DNA of 60,172 nucleotides, counting the filler. It is 3 parts of 3 records of this genome, joined end to end, with 100 filler letters (N's around TTAATTAATTAA, not from the genome) between each part and the next. Parts side by side here need not be neighbours in the genome. Positions count along the whole stretch, not along the records: positions 1 to 24,768 come from DRR723986_18144; 2 more parts are not named here. One strand, given 5' to 3'. Position 1 is the stretch's first letter, and the number at the start of each line of letters is the position of its first letter. Both the position numbers and the translations under genes were made by a program. Below the pieces are notes generated by a model. The model saw only the letters and a list, made by a program, of their open reading frames with translations. It did not search any database and had not been told where the DNA came from. Below, piece after piece: positions 1-11,082 of this stretch.

Positions 1-838
1 CGTCTCCCAATGCTGAAACTGTACAGTTTCCGCTTTCGTCAAAAGTCAACACAATATCTGCTGGGATATTAGTTCCATCCTCTCCAGGGTAAGACAAGGG
101 AAACTCTACTTGATTCAATGACCTCGTTTTCAAAAAGTTCACCTCATCTTTCACCACAAATTCCGCATGCCTAATCACAGTCTCATCCAGCCCGGTATTT
201 CCGTTGCTTCCTTTGATCACATCCTGCCCTCTTCTTAAGTAATTGCCATGCCAAGGATTTACATATTTCAATGCATACAAGACGAAATCTTTTGGTACCA
301 CAGACCAATCCGCAGGGTTATTTCTCTTAGGATTTGCCACCAAGCCCACACCCGATAGGACTGAGTCAGCATTAGCTATTTCAGTGATTCTCAAGGGCAA
401 AACATAGGTGTTTTTAATAGCTTGGGGATCATTAAAGAATCCGCTATTCAGCTGGATCTCAACACCACCAGTCACTTCACCTTTTGGGATCATAATAGAT
501 TGTGCTGAGAGCTGATAGTATTCCGAAGGAAGTACCATTACTTCATCTCCATCGGCTTCAAATAGAAGATCCTCCGCCAGTGAATTATCAACTTCCACAT
601 TTACCAACACATCCTGAGGAGAAGAATAGACGCCACCAGTGGTTGCGATGATTTTAAATTTACCTTCATTATCCATAGAAGTATCGAAGATATCATCTCC
701 CAAGACGATCGTTCTCACAGGATATTGGTAGGCAAAATAAACCGTTTGGTAATCAAAGTCCGGAAACTCCCAATCTTCATTCTTGCATGAAGTGAGGACC
801 AGAGAAAGTGCAACTAGTATATAAACTGTATTTTTCAT
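1..838 (-). CDS. PUL surface lipoprotein, DUF1735/DUF5627-like (3' end runs off the window)
   Basis: Not in the ORF track. Manual translation from ATG at 838 gives MKNTVYILVALSLVLTSCKNEDWEFPDFDYQTVYFAYQYPVRTIVLGDDIFDT: lipobox LTSC, directly downstream of susD. Confidence 0.75.
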   Translation of the reverse strand, partial: MKNTVYILVALSLVLTSCKNEDWEFPDFDYQTVYFAYQYPVRTIVLGDDIFDTSMDNEGKFKIIATTGGVYSSPQDVLVNVEVDNSLAEDLLFEADGDEVMVLPSEYYQLSAQSIMIPKGEVTGGVEIQLNSGFFNDPQAIKNTYVLPLRITEIANADSVLSGVGLVANPKRNNPADWSVVPKDFVLYALKYVNPWHGNYLRRGQDVIKGSNGNTGLDETVIRHAEFVVKDEVNFLKTRSLNQVEFPLSYPGEDGTNIPADIVLTFDESGNCTVSALGD

Positions 839-893
839 TTTTCAGTAAGTTTATGGTCTATTGGATTCACGATAGGTTGTGTACTTGTGAATA

Positions 894-2651
894 TTACCAT
901 CCTGTGTTTTGCTTTAGCTCTGTAAACTTCAGCGTTTCACTATATGGCACTGGTCCATAAATCATGTAATCACTGAATACCCTGTTTTCTACATTCATGA
1001 CCTCATAGCTGTCACCCTCTATTGTCATTCCCTGAGCAGTTTCATTAAGATTGACATTCCATCTGCGCAAATCCCAAAATCTGAAGCCTTCAAAACTTAG
1101 CTCCAATCTTCGCTCATTACGGATTAATTGGCGCATTGCAGCTTGATCACCCTTGATAGACTCCAGGTATTCATCGCCGTTTTCAGTGCCAATACCTGCT
1201 CTCTGCCGGATTGCCTTTATTACATCATAAGCTGAATAACTCGCATCACCCATCCCGGTAGGACCATATGCCTCATTTGCAGCTTCAGCGTAGATTAAGA
1301 ATATCTCTGTGTACCGGATGCGAGGCTTCATATGAACCTGCTGATTAGTCGAATTAGGATTTAGATTTACATCCTGGCGCAACAATTTTCTTAGGTAATA
1401 GCCAGTCCGTGTAGAAGTTTCTACCCGATTTAGCGCATCATTAGTTTCTCCATCAGCTGCAGTAATAATAATTGTATTACTTGGCCCTGAAGTACTCCCA
1501 TTCAATACCACAGATTGATTTAATCTAGGGTCACGGGCAGAATAAGGACTTTGAGCATCATATCCACTATTTGCTGCACTGATAGGATAACCATTTGCCA
1601 TAGGAAAGGCATCCACGAAGTTTTGTGTAGGGTTGATCAGTCCTCTTCCGTATAGGGTTGGCGGGTAATTATCCGCTTCTAAATTATTGCTCGGACCGAT
1701 GGATGTTCTCCATAAAATCTCAGCAGGGTTCATGCCTCCACCGATAGCGTTAAGCTCTGCGTTATTGGAAAACCAAGTTCCACCGGTGGGAGACAATCCG
1801 CTGACACCTCCGATTGTATTGAGAATTTCTGCTGCATTTGACGCTGCAGTTTTCCACTTCTCCACATCGCCTTCTGGATTAAAAGCAGGGCTAGCAGCGA
1901 GCAATGCAGCCTGAGCCATCACCGCGCGAACTATTCTACCCGATACTAATTGTATGGCATCATCCCCAAAAACCCTGTTGTATTGTCCTGTCTCAGCTCC
2001 TTCATATTTACTAGGAATTAAGAAGGGGTCAGTAATATTACCTAAGTCCATAGGAAGTAAAGCCAAAGCTCTATCTGCATCTGCGTACAGCTGAGTCATA
2101 CATTCTTCAAATGTATTTCTCGGAATATTAAATTCTGATTCTACATTCTGAGAAGCTGTAAGAATAGGCACTCCAAGTAATTGCCCTTCAGCCACCCCGC
2201 CATGAGCTTGCAGTAAATAATACATAAACAATGCACGCAAACCATATGACTCTCCTTTGAGTCGATCTACAAACATCTGATTTACAATAGGATCTACAGC
2301 AAAATCCACACTGTCAACATCCTCCAGCATCACGTTCAGATACTGAATCGCAGACTGCGCACTAGACCATTGGTTGACTGGATTATTATTTGATGCCCAT
2401 TGCCCTGTGGCTATATTTAGAAATCCATTAGTAGGATTACTACTCACGGCATCATCTGTGGCCATTTCGCTGAATGTCCAACCGTTTGTAGGTATTCTTA
2501 AATAAGCATTGATCAATAAACCTTGCGCTAATCTCGGTCTCTCTAGCATGTCTTCCCGTCCTTGGATATTCTCAATGGCCGGGTCGATCAAATCCTGACA
2601 GCTGGAAAGGAATAAGAGGACACCAAAGAAATATAATATTTTAGTATTCAT
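894..2651 (-). CDS. SusD/RagB family nutrient-binding lipoprotein (second pair)
   Basis: Lipobox LSSC; RDPRL, RYTEIFLIYAEA and ERRLELSFEGFRFWDLRRW motifs; C-terminal QNTGW. ATG at 2651 preferred over TTG at 2660. Confidence 0.95.
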   Translation of the reverse strand: MNTKILYFFGVLLFLSSCQDLIDPAIENIQGREDMLERPRLAQGLLINAYLRIPTNGWTFSEMATDDAVSSNPTNGFLNIATGQWASNNNPVNQWSSAQSAIQYLNVMLEDVDSVDFAVDPIVNQMFVDRLKGESYGLRALFMYYLLQAHGGVAEGQLLGVPILTASQNVESEFNIPRNTFEECMTQLYADADRALALLPMDLGNITDPFLIPSKYEGAETGQYNRVFGDDAIQLVSGRIVRAVMAQAALLAASPAFNPEGDVEKWKTAASNAAEILNTIGGVSGLSPTGGTWFSNNAELNAIGGGMNPAEILWRTSIGPSNNLEADNYPPTLYGRGLINPTQNFVDAFPMANGYPISAANSGYDAQSPYSARDPRLNQSVVLNGSTSGPSNTIIITAADGETNDALNRVETSTRTGYYLRKLLRQDVNLNPNSTNQQVHMKPRIRYTEIFLIYAEAANEAYGPTGMGDASYSAYDVIKAIRQRAGIGTENGDEYLESIKGDQAAMRQLIRNERRLELSFEGFRFWDLRRWNVNLNETAQGMTIEGDSYEVMNVENRVFSDYMIYGPVPYSETLKFTELKQNTGW

Positions 2652-2672
2652 GTTTTTCAATTTTGGGTCTAG

Positions 2673-5600
2673 TTAAAACTTAGCTCGGATACCGAAGTTG
2701 TAGAAACGCGTCTGTGGAGTGCTTCCGATATTCAGTTCCAGAATATCGCTATTCGGACTTACTGTCAGAAGATTTGCCCCACTCACATACGTTCCAAGCT
2801 CTTTGATAAAACCATTTCCTAAGATGGACTTTGGAAAGGAGTAGGAAACCTGCACTTTGGCAAGATCAAACCTGTTTGTGCTATACAACCAGAAATCTGA
2901 GTTTCTGAAGTTATTAGCCCCATTAAGCGTGGTCAATCGAGGGAAAGTCGCTGTATTTTGCGTCTCTTCTGTCCATCGGTCTCTTACCACTGCAGAATAT
3001 TTATCGTCCGCATTCACCCAGAAGTAATTGTTATTCTTCATGGCATACGCCCCACTTCTCATCGTTCCCAAAGCGAAGAATGTGAAGTTTCTGTACTTAG
3101 CAGAAAGGTTGAAGCCCATAGTCAATGGTGCTCCTGACCATCCTCCCCTGCCCAAATAGACTTCATCCTGAGCATTTATAATTCCATCGTTATTCTGGTC
3201 TTTGTATTTGATATCGCCTGGCTTGACTTCACCAAAAGCCTGACTAGGAGAGTTTTCTATATCATCCATCCCGCTGAAGAAGCCCATACTTTCCAGTCCC
3301 CAGATTGCATCTAGCGGCATCCCTTGTCTATTTTGGTAGCTATCTTCATAATTCTCAGATCTCTTGGAAGCCTTGGTATCATAGTAAAGACCAGATACAC
3401 CCAGAGTCCAGACAGTCTCCCCAATTTTCTTATTCAGGTTAAGCTGAAAATCAACGCCATTTCTAGTATCTCCATTATAGTTTACAAATGGAATCCAAGA
3501 TGACTGAGGCCATCCTGTCACGAAATAACTCGGATATAGAATGCTGTTCTGAACAAACAGACCAGTCATTTTACTAGTAAAAACAGACCCGTTGAATGTC
3601 AGTAGCTGATCAAATAGAGATGCATCCAATTCCACGCTTATCTCTTCTCTTTTAGGGAAGGTGAGGTTCATGTTTTCACCACGTCTTACATCAGTACCTG
3701 TGTTATTAAGTCCATCTTTCCACTCATACCAAGAGCCTTCATCTGTATAGATAGCTTCATATAAGTAGAAGTTTTCTATGTCTAGGTCTGTATTTAAAAT
3801 ACCTGCCGAAACTGACAGTCTCAAATCATCAACAACCGATGAGGAGGACATAAATCCTTCTTCACTCATTCTCCATCCCAATGACATAGTAGGCGAAAAT
3901 GCATTTCGTCCATTCTCCGGAAGTTTTGCTGAATGAACCATCGCCCCACTGAATTCAGCGTAATACTTCTGCTTGAAATTGTATGCTAAATACAAGCCTA
4001 AATTTGCGTTGCTTACTTTGTGATAAATCTCTGATTCAGCTATCTGGAACCCATTCCCAATAAGCATTGCAGAGAAATTGTGTTTCTCCTTAAATGTTCT
4101 CTTGTAGTTCAATTGAGCTGAAAAAGATACCGTCTGACGGAACCAGTTGTCGTTTATGTTTTGAGTTCTCGAACTGGCATCTTGACCGTACTTTGTCAAG
4201 CTCAGAATTTGGTCAATACCGTTGTAGTTAGTCCATTTAGGCTCATAAACCGCATATTCGTTATTGAATGACAAGGTATAAGAAGTATTATAATTCAAAC
4301 CAAACAGCGAACTGAAGGATAAGCCTTCGATTACATTTCTAAGATCTGCATCCACACCTGCATTAAATTGAAACTGCCGACTGGTGAATTTATTCGATCC
4401 ACCTGCGTAAATCCCTGCAATGGGGTTAGTCTGATCTAGTTGACTTCCACCGAGCAGGTATTTCCCATCTATCACGTGATCACTTGTTTCTACCAATTCC
4501 GCTGAAGCTTCATCACCAGACTCAATATATTCTATTGGAATAAGTGGAGAAAAGCGATTAGGTCTCAAAGTGGTTGAGCCACCCCAGTAGTCTGTATTTA
4601 CACCATTACTATTATAAAATATAGCTGAAGCATCTACTTTGGCAGATATGTAGTCATTCAGGTTTAGGTCAATATTACCTCGTACATTGAATCTTTCATT
4701 TGCATTCTCAGCCGCCTGACCAAAGTCCATTACTGTTCCTTCAGTCATGAAACCCACATTGGTGTAATACCTTGCCGTTTCATTACCGCCGGAAATCTCT
4801 AGATTTCCATCGTATTTGGCGTAAGCCTTCTGAAGATATTCAGGAGAGTAATAGTCCACATTCGGATATCGGTAGATATTATCACCAGAGGAATAATTGT
4901 AAATGTCATTTTCGGAATAAAGCGGGGAAAGTCCATCATTGGTTCTTGCCTCATTATACAATGACATGTATTCGCCTGACCCCAAATATTCAGGATAACT
5001 TTTTGGAGTATTTACCCCGGCATTTGTCCGGAAGGTGATATTTTGATCATTAGCCACACCTCTTTTAGTGGTGATCATGATAACGCCTTTGGCCGCTCTA
5101 CTTCCGTATAGCGCTACTGCTGTGACTCCTTTCAGAAAACTAATCTGTGATATCTCAGTAGGATGTACACTGTCTACCTCACGCGGAACCCCATCCACCA
5201 ATACTAATGAACTTGAGTTTCCCCACATGTTACCATTGAAACCGCCTACATATGCTTCCATCCGATCCAGTGGATAAGTGATGTAGTTATCCTTGAGAAT
5301 TTCAGGCATATTGACATAAGAAATTCCACCCATCAGGTCTCTTTTGTCCTTAGTCTGGAAAGCTACTTTTACATCTTGTCCTTCCAGGTTTTCAAACAAC
5401 ATGATTTTTTCCAAGTCTATGGAAGCCAAAAGCAACTTGGTCTCATATCCTGGCGCTTCTACCGCCAGGTATGCGTTGGAAGAAACCACCAGTTTCACTA
5501 CTCCTAAACTATCTGAGACAGCAGAGTAGTCATCATCTTCACTGGTAATTATAGCGCCTTGTATGGGGTTACCGGCACTGGTAGTTACCACAGGATTAAT

Positions 5601-5690
5601 TGTTATTTTTAAGGTACTCTGTGCCAGAAGTTGATACGGAAACATAACCGCAGCGACACACCATACCATCATTATTTTTAATAGTTTCAT
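2673..5690 (-). CDS. SusC/RagA TonB-dependent transporter (second, no N-terminal signalling extension)
   Basis: LVLVDGV, LYGSRAAKGVIMITTKRG plug motif, PGDIKYKDQNNDGIIN, C-terminal F. Confidence 0.95.
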   Translation of the reverse strand: MKLLKIMMVWCVAAVMFPYQLLAQSTLKITINPVVTTSAGNPIQGAIITSEDDDYSAVSDSLGVVKLVVSSNAYLAVEAPGYETKLLLASIDLEKIMLFENLEGQDVKVAFQTKDKRDLMGGISYVNMPEILKDNYITYPLDRMEAYVGGFNGNMWGNSSSLVLVDGVPREVDSVHPTEISQISFLKGVTAVALYGSRAAKGVIMITTKRGVANDQNITFRTNAGVNTPKSYPEYLGSGEYMSLYNEARTNDGLSPLYSENDIYNYSSGDNIYRYPNVDYYSPEYLQKAYAKYDGNLEISGGNETARYYTNVGFMTEGTVMDFGQAAENANERFNVRGNIDLNLNDYISAKVDASAIFYNSNGVNTDYWGGSTTLRPNRFSPLIPIEYIESGDEASAELVETSDHVIDGKYLLGGSQLDQTNPIAGIYAGGSNKFTSRQFQFNAGVDADLRNVIEGLSFSSLFGLNYNTSYTLSFNNEYAVYEPKWTNYNGIDQILSLTKYGQDASSRTQNINDNWFRQTVSFSAQLNYKRTFKEKHNFSAMLIGNGFQIAESEIYHKVSNANLGLYLAYNFKQKYYAEFSGAMVHSAKLPENGRNAFSPTMSLGWRMSEEGFMSSSSVVDDLRLSVSAGILNTDLDIENFYLYEAIYTDEGSWYEWKDGLNNTGTDVRRGENMNLTFPKREEISVELDASLFDQLLTFNGSVFTSKMTGLFVQNSILYPSYFVTGWPQSSWIPFVNYNGDTRNGVDFQLNLNKKIGETVWTLGVSGLYYDTKASKRSENYEDSYQNRQGMPLDAIWGLESMGFFSGMDDIENSPSQAFGEVKPGDIKYKDQNNDGIINAQDEVYLGRGGWSGAPLTMGFNLSAKYRNFTFFALGTMRSGAYAMKNNNYFWVNADDKYSAVVRDRWTEETQNTATFPRLTTLNGANNFRNSDFWLYSTNRFDLAKVQVSYSFPKSILGNGFIKELGTYVSGANLLTVSPNSDILELNIGSTPQTRFYNFGIRAKF

Positions 5691-5727
5691 TTTGAGTCAT
5701 TTAGATGATAAAAAGTAATCGCTTGCA

Positions 5728-7623
5728 TTACCAGCCAGGATTTTGAGTCATTTCCGGATACAAAGACACATCAGACACTTTTAGCGGCAGCCAATAGTGC
5801 TTTTCTGTAAATGGTCGCTCCAAAATCACTACTTCCCGGATGTTTACCACACGGTTTTGTGTAGGATCATCTGCATTAAAATCACCCGCTCGGTCCATCT
5901 CCACTGATGATTTGATGGTGTATGGTTCTTCGATCAGTAGCATCCAGCGGCGAAGGTCTGTAAAACGGTGCCTTTCGAAGGCTAGCTCTACCGCTCGCTC
6001 TCTTCGCAATTCAGGCAACAATGCATCCACAGATCCCACAAACTTGGAATGGATCGAAGCCATACCAGCACGGTCTCTAAGCACATTTAATGCATCTACA
6101 GCAGACTTACCAAAAGTAGCACTAGGCGTACTAGGTGAATTGTACCCCATTAAGGTAGCCTCAGCGTACATCAGATAAATGTCCGCCACTCTCATGTAAG
6201 GCACATTGATGTGGAGTGAAGTACCCCAATCGTATGCGTTATCATATTTATTAGCCTTGAGCGGCACAAATTTTCTACTCATGTAGCCGGTTCGGCTTCC
6301 GTTGCTCAAGTTTCTATAGCTTCCTCCACTGAATAGGTTTGCATATCGATTTACCTCCTGACTTTGATCAGGAATGGATCCCTGGATCACCTTGACACCA
6401 TCATAAGTGATGTCACTGTAAAATCTTGGGTCACGGTTTTTCCATGGATAATTAGGATCGTAGCCTGATTCCGGATCCGCCTTTGTGATATCGTCGGGAA
6501 GCGGTAAACCATTAGCCATACCATAATTTTGATGAACATAATTAGCAGTGGGCATAAACATCGTCGCATCGCCCTGACTGATCAATAAAGGCATGAACTG
6601 CTTTGAAATCTGGTAGTTACTACCATTGGCACCTGTAGTAGGAGCCCTGAACATGGCCTCAGATCCTCCAGGCATAGCCCAGTTTTGACCCGTGGTGTAG
6701 AAGAGATTGGACTTCTGCGCAAAAGGGATCAAGGAATACAAGGTCTCTCCTGCTTCTATCAGCGTGAGAAGCTCTCCGAAAACATCCGCAGCCTTTTTGC
6801 TATAAGCTGCATCGTAGGATTTATTTCCGCTATCGGTGTAGTTCATCAAGGGGCTAGCTGCCCAAAGCAAATTCTTACCTAAATAGCCTAGCGCCATTGC
6901 CTTGTTAATACGCATGGTGTTTTTTCCCAGCGTTCTTTTCCCTGCAGTGGTATTATCCCAATTTAATGGAAGCAAGTCAGCAGCTCTACGAAGATCCTCA
7001 GCGACTCTATCCGCACTTTGACGATATGTCAATCTTGGAAGTCTAAGCTTTTCATCACTTGGTAATACGGTATCTATGTACGGCATTCCACCGAAATACT
7101 GAATCAACTGAAAGTGAAACCAGCCTCTGAAAAACAAAAGCTGACCTTCAATCAATCTTCTTTCTTCGTCTGTCGCATCTGTAAGTCTATCTAGGTTTTC
7201 AAGTCCTAAATTTGCTTTACGGATTCCTTGCCAAGCTAAAGGCCAAAGGGCTTTTTGATGATGACCACCAGTAGTGGATGCGTTTCCTTTGTCAAACCAC
7301 CCTACACCGCCACCTAGTTCAGCTTGCCAGGCCCAGAAATTCCCTCTATCGAAATTATAGGAGACAGTAAATGTGCCTGCTGTGGATTCTATTTCATCCT
7401 CTCCAAAATTCCAAGCACTCACCCAATAAGCAAGTGTGAAGTTTGGTACGGCGTGATAAAGTTCTTCAGTGAATCCCTGAAAATTGGTGAAATTCTGGAA
7501 AGCAGTTTCTTCCGAAATGATTGAATCTGGAGAGCGCTCTAAGTAATCTTCACAGGAGCTAGCAGATAGCAAAATAGCCATCATAAAACCTCCTTTTATA
7601 AAATTCTTTATATAGTTGTTCAT
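5728..7623 (-). CDS. SusD/RagB family lipoprotein (first pair)
   Basis: Lipobox ASSC; RDPRF, YMRVADIYLMYAEA, ERAVELAFERHRFTDLRRW, QNPGW. Start moved to the ATG at 7623, which avoids overlap with susC. Confidence 0.95.
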   Translation of the reverse strand: MNNYIKNFIKGGFMMAILLSASSCEDYLERSPDSIISEETAFQNFTNFQGFTEELYHAVPNFTLAYWVSAWNFGEDEIESTAGTFTVSYNFDRGNFWAWQAELGGGVGWFDKGNASTTGGHHQKALWPLAWQGIRKANLGLENLDRLTDATDEERRLIEGQLLFFRGWFHFQLIQYFGGMPYIDTVLPSDEKLRLPRLTYRQSADRVAEDLRRAADLLPLNWDNTTAGKRTLGKNTMRINKAMALGYLGKNLLWAASPLMNYTDSGNKSYDAAYSKKAADVFGELLTLIEAGETLYSLIPFAQKSNLFYTTGQNWAMPGGSEAMFRAPTTGANGSNYQISKQFMPLLISQGDATMFMPTANYVHQNYGMANGLPLPDDITKADPESGYDPNYPWKNRDPRFYSDITYDGVKVIQGSIPDQSQEVNRYANLFSGGSYRNLSNGSRTGYMSRKFVPLKANKYDNAYDWGTSLHINVPYMRVADIYLMYAEATLMGYNSPSTPSATFGKSAVDALNVLRDRAGMASIHSKFVGSVDALLPELRRERAVELAFERHRFTDLRRWMLLIEEPYTIKSSVEMDRAGDFNADDPTQNRVVNIREVVILERPFTEKHYWLPLKVSDVSLYPEMTQNPGW

Positions 7624-7636
7624 TTGAATGACTGAT

Positions 7637-10600
7637 TTAGAATGAAACATTTACACCCAAATTGATTCTTCTTACCGTCGGGTAAGCTCCTGCATAGCCT
7701 GCAGAAGAGAAGTTAGATTCCCGATCATCCGGCATATCCGTCCATAGCAGCAGGTTATTTCCATTTAGATATACTCTAAATGTCTCGACACCTATATTTC
7801 TCACCCAATTGGAATTGAAGAGGTAGGCGATTTCTGCATTTTTCAGACGTAAATAGGAACCATCATAGAGGTAGCGTTCACCATTGCTATAGCCTGGCAT
7901 CAATGCGCCCCATCGTGGCATTGGAGAATCCGGATTCATGTTATCTTCAGACCAATAGCTTCCTTCCTCATATACTCTGTTCAGTCGATTGTTCAAACTG
8001 CTCAGTGGCACATCTCTGGTCACATTATTTACACCATAAAACTGGACGTAGAGACTGAGTCCCTTCCATTCCACTCCTATGTTTGTGCTGTAAGTATTTT
8101 CAGGTACACTGGCAAATCCATAAGGAGCAGCATCGAAGGAATCAATTATACCGTCACCGTTGAAATCAAGGATTTGCATTCCACCAGGAAGTTTAAATTG
8201 ATCATTGGAGTTGTTCTGCGTGCTGCCATAGACTTCATCCCATGAACTGTAGTAGCCATTGCTAATGTGGGTACGGTATTGTCCGAGCTGATATCCTTGA
8301 TCCTTCTGATAAGCTACTTGCAATTCCGGATCATCTCTTTCCTTGACCACATTTTCTGCATGAGTCATGGTAAAGTCAGCCCATACTCGGATTTGATTTT
8401 CGAAGGTGTGATTTAAACCCAGCGTAAATTCAAAACCATTTGTGATCACTCGACCCAGGTTTGCAGCAGGGGCCGTAGTACCATAATAACTAGGGATTGA
8501 CCGATCTCCTGACATCAGGATATCCTTACGGTCATCTTTGAAATATTCAAAATTACCGTTGATCATTCCGTTGAGAATATCGAATTCAAGACCAATGTTG
8601 GTTTTGTAAACAGTTTCCCAATGTACCTCAGGGTTACCCACGGAAGATTGGCGGTACCACGTATAAGGGCTATACTCTCCGCCTTCACCCACTATGCCCA
8701 ACTGAGAGCTATTGCCATAGCTCCACTGATCCATGAAAAGGAATCGTCCACCGATGTTATCATCCCCTACTTCACCGTAGCTGGCTCTTATTTTCAAGAA
8801 GTCAATGACAGAAATAGATTTCATAAAACTCTCTTCAGAGATTACCCAGCCTATTCCACCAGAATGGAAAAATGCATAGCGGTATTCAGGAGCAAATTTC
8901 TCTGAGCCATTATAAGCTCCACTATAATCCAGTAGATACTTGTTCTTGTAGTCGTAGTTTGCACGGAAAACCCAATCTTCACGATAGGAAGGAATCATAC
9001 TACCTGTCGCATCCTGCTGACGGCTCATCAAGCCCATCAGAGTCAAATTATGATTTGTGCCTATTTTGGTTGAATAATTCAACTGACCTTGATAGTATAG
9101 TCTGCGTTGAGCACCATTCACAGTGCCGCTAGCAGTTCCCCAAGTCACCGCTTCTCTAAAGTCAAATCTACTGTTGGCGTCTACTACATCATCGTAAAGA
9201 TGTAAGCCTGTAGCAGGATCAATCCACTTTTGAAACGGGGTATTGTAAAGGTCATTTACCCCTCTGTTTATTTCAGTGAAAGAATTATCAATAGCAAGAG
9301 TACCACGGAAATTCAATCCCTTGATGATCATTCCCAGATCTTGGTTCAATACAAAATTGGTAGAAAGCTGCGTGGTAGTTAAGTATTGAAGTCCACTTAC
9401 TGCCAGGATTCGCACTGAGTTTTCTGCCGCCACGTCATCAGGCGTATAGACTCCCCAAGCTCCATCTGAATAGACTGGCAAGAAAGCATCAGGCGGATTG
9501 CCATATGCTGCACTCCAAAAACTGCTTGAGTTTCCACCACCCCAAGGCGTTTTTCTTGTACCATATGACCCTCCTAAGTTTACCTGAAGTTTGGTGCTTG
9601 AAGTCAATTGGAAATCCAGGTTACTTCGGAAGTTTAGACGGTTGTAATTGTATCCTGGATCGTATCCGCGATTGTTGTCGAAATCCCTAAAAAGATCACC
9701 TTCATTCTGAAAATCTATACTTGCAAAATACTGGGTAAACTTCGTACCGCCTCTGATCCCCACATTGGCATTGTAAGCCATTGCATAGTCTTTGAAAAGC
9801 GTTTCCTGCCAGTCAATATTTGGATAGCGTTCTGACTCTTCCAGATTGGCAGGGTTTCTATATTTATCTCGAATCGAATACGGTATGTAATCTGCCCAGC
9901 CTGCACCATTCGCAGAAAGTTCGTTTTCTATAGCACTGTTCCTAACTCCTATTGCATCGTAAGCATCGTATTTCCCAGGCAGCTTAGATACTACCTTCAT
10001 GGTAGAGCTGAAGTTGGCTGTGATTTGAGCTTTTCCTTCTCTACCTCTTTTGGTAGTCACGATGATTACGCCATTTGCACCTCTGGATCCGAAAACTGCC
10101 GTGGCAGACGCATCTTTCAAAACTGAGATCGTTTCTACAGAAGCAATATCCATCGTGTTGAAAAATTCAGGCCGTTCTACTCCATCTACAAGAATGAGCG
10201 GAGAATTGCCATTCCAGCTATTCTGGCCTCGAATGACGATCTGAGGACTTTCCCCACCCGGCACACCTGTACTTGCCGAGGTGATTACCCCAGGCAAATT
10301 ACCGGTTAATGCTGATCCCACGTTCGAAACACCACCTGTTCTCTTTAGAACTTCACCATTCGTTTGAGCTACTGCTCCTACAATGGTTTCTTTCTTTTGC
10401 TCTGCGTAGCCTACCACGATCACTTCTTCCAGTGACTGTAGGTTCTCTTCGAGAATTATATTGACTACCGCTTGATTTGCTATGGTAACTTCTTTTTCAT
10501 TGAATCCCATAAAGGAAAAGACCAATGTCTCTCCCTCATTCACGGAAATGGAGTAATTACCATCCAGATCTGTAGTAGTTCCCTTGGTCGTGTTTTTAAT

Positions 10601-11071
10601 ACGGACTGTAACACCTGGGAGAGCCAAGCCTGTAGGATCAAGCACTTGACCTGTGATCTCCACTACTGCAGGGATTATTTCCTTTGGCTGAGATACTTCC
10701 TTTTTCGGTCCTCTTGTGATGTGAATATTATCATCCAGCTGCACAAATTTTAGATTTGTCTGACTGGAAATCTCATAAAGCACCTCGGAGAGCGGTACTT
10801 TGTTCATAGCCAGATTTACGGTAAGCTCATCAACTGGAACCTTCACTTTATTATAAGTGAACATAAATCCGCTCTGTTTCTCTAGTTCAGGGATAACTTT
10901 GTTTAGTGTACTTTCATTGAAATTGACCGTTACGGTAATATCATCAAGTCCTTTTAACTGAGCATGTCCATTATTTGCCATAAGGACTGCCGTGAAAAAC
11001 AGCTGAAAGATGAAAGCACACACAAAATATTTGGAAAGCATAATGATTTTCCTAAGTATTGATTTTTCCAT
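7637..11071 (-). CDS. SusC/RagA TonB-dependent transducer with N-terminal STN-type signalling extension
   Basis: An extra ~120 aa precedes the CarboxypepD-like domain; LKDASATAVFGSRGANGVIIVTTKRG; follows fecR. Confidence 0.95.
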   Translation of the reverse strand: MEKSILRKIIMLSKYFVCAFIFQLFFTAVLMANNGHAQLKGLDDITVTVNFNESTLNKVIPELEKQSGFMFTYNKVKVPVDELTVNLAMNKVPLSEVLYEISSQTNLKFVQLDDNIHITRGPKKEVSQPKEIIPAVVEITGQVLDPTGLALPGVTVRIKNTTKGTTTDLDGNYSISVNEGETLVFSFMGFNEKEVTIANQAVVNIILEENLQSLEEVIVVGYAEQKKETIVGAVAQTNGEVLKRTGGVSNVGSALTGNLPGVITSASTGVPGGESPQIVIRGQNSWNGNSPLILVDGVERPEFFNTMDIASVETISVLKDASATAVFGSRGANGVIIVTTKRGREGKAQITANFSSTMKVVSKLPGKYDAYDAIGVRNSAIENELSANGAGWADYIPYSIRDKYRNPANLEESERYPNIDWQETLFKDYAMAYNANVGIRGGTKFTQYFASIDFQNEGDLFRDFDNNRGYDPGYNYNRLNFRSNLDFQLTSSTKLQVNLGGSYGTRKTPWGGGNSSSFWSAAYGNPPDAFLPVYSDGAWGVYTPDDVAAENSVRILAVSGLQYLTTTQLSTNFVLNQDLGMIIKGLNFRGTLAIDNSFTEINRGVNDLYNTPFQKWIDPATGLHLYDDVVDANSRFDFREAVTWGTASGTVNGAQRRLYYQGQLNYSTKIGTNHNLTLMGLMSRQQDATGSMIPSYREDWVFRANYDYKNKYLLDYSGAYNGSEKFAPEYRYAFFHSGGIGWVISEESFMKSISVIDFLKIRASYGEVGDDNIGGRFLFMDQWSYGNSSQLGIVGEGGEYSPYTWYRQSSVGNPEVHWETVYKTNIGLEFDILNGMINGNFEYFKDDRKDILMSGDRSIPSYYGTTAPAANLGRVITNGFEFTLGLNHTFENQIRVWADFTMTHAENVVKERDDPELQVAYQKDQGYQLGQYRTHISNGYYSSWDEVYGSTQNNSNDQFKLPGGMQILDFNGDGIIDSFDAAPYGFASVPENTYSTNIGVEWKGLSLYVQFYGVNNVTRDVPLSSLNNRLNRVYEEGSYWSEDNMNPDSPMPRWGALMPGYSNGERYLYDGSYLRLKNAEIAYLFNSNWVRNIGVETFRVYLNGNNLLLWTDMPDDRESNFSSAGYAGAYPTVRRINLGVNVSF

Positions 11072-11078
11072 ACTTTTG
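11071..11078 (+). promoter_or_regulatory. Bacteroidota primary-sigma -7 element (TACTTTTG), antisense to susC and overlapping its start codon
   Basis: Matches the TAnnTTTG consensus; no clear -33 box. Confidence 0.5.
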
Positions 11079-11082
11079 ATAT

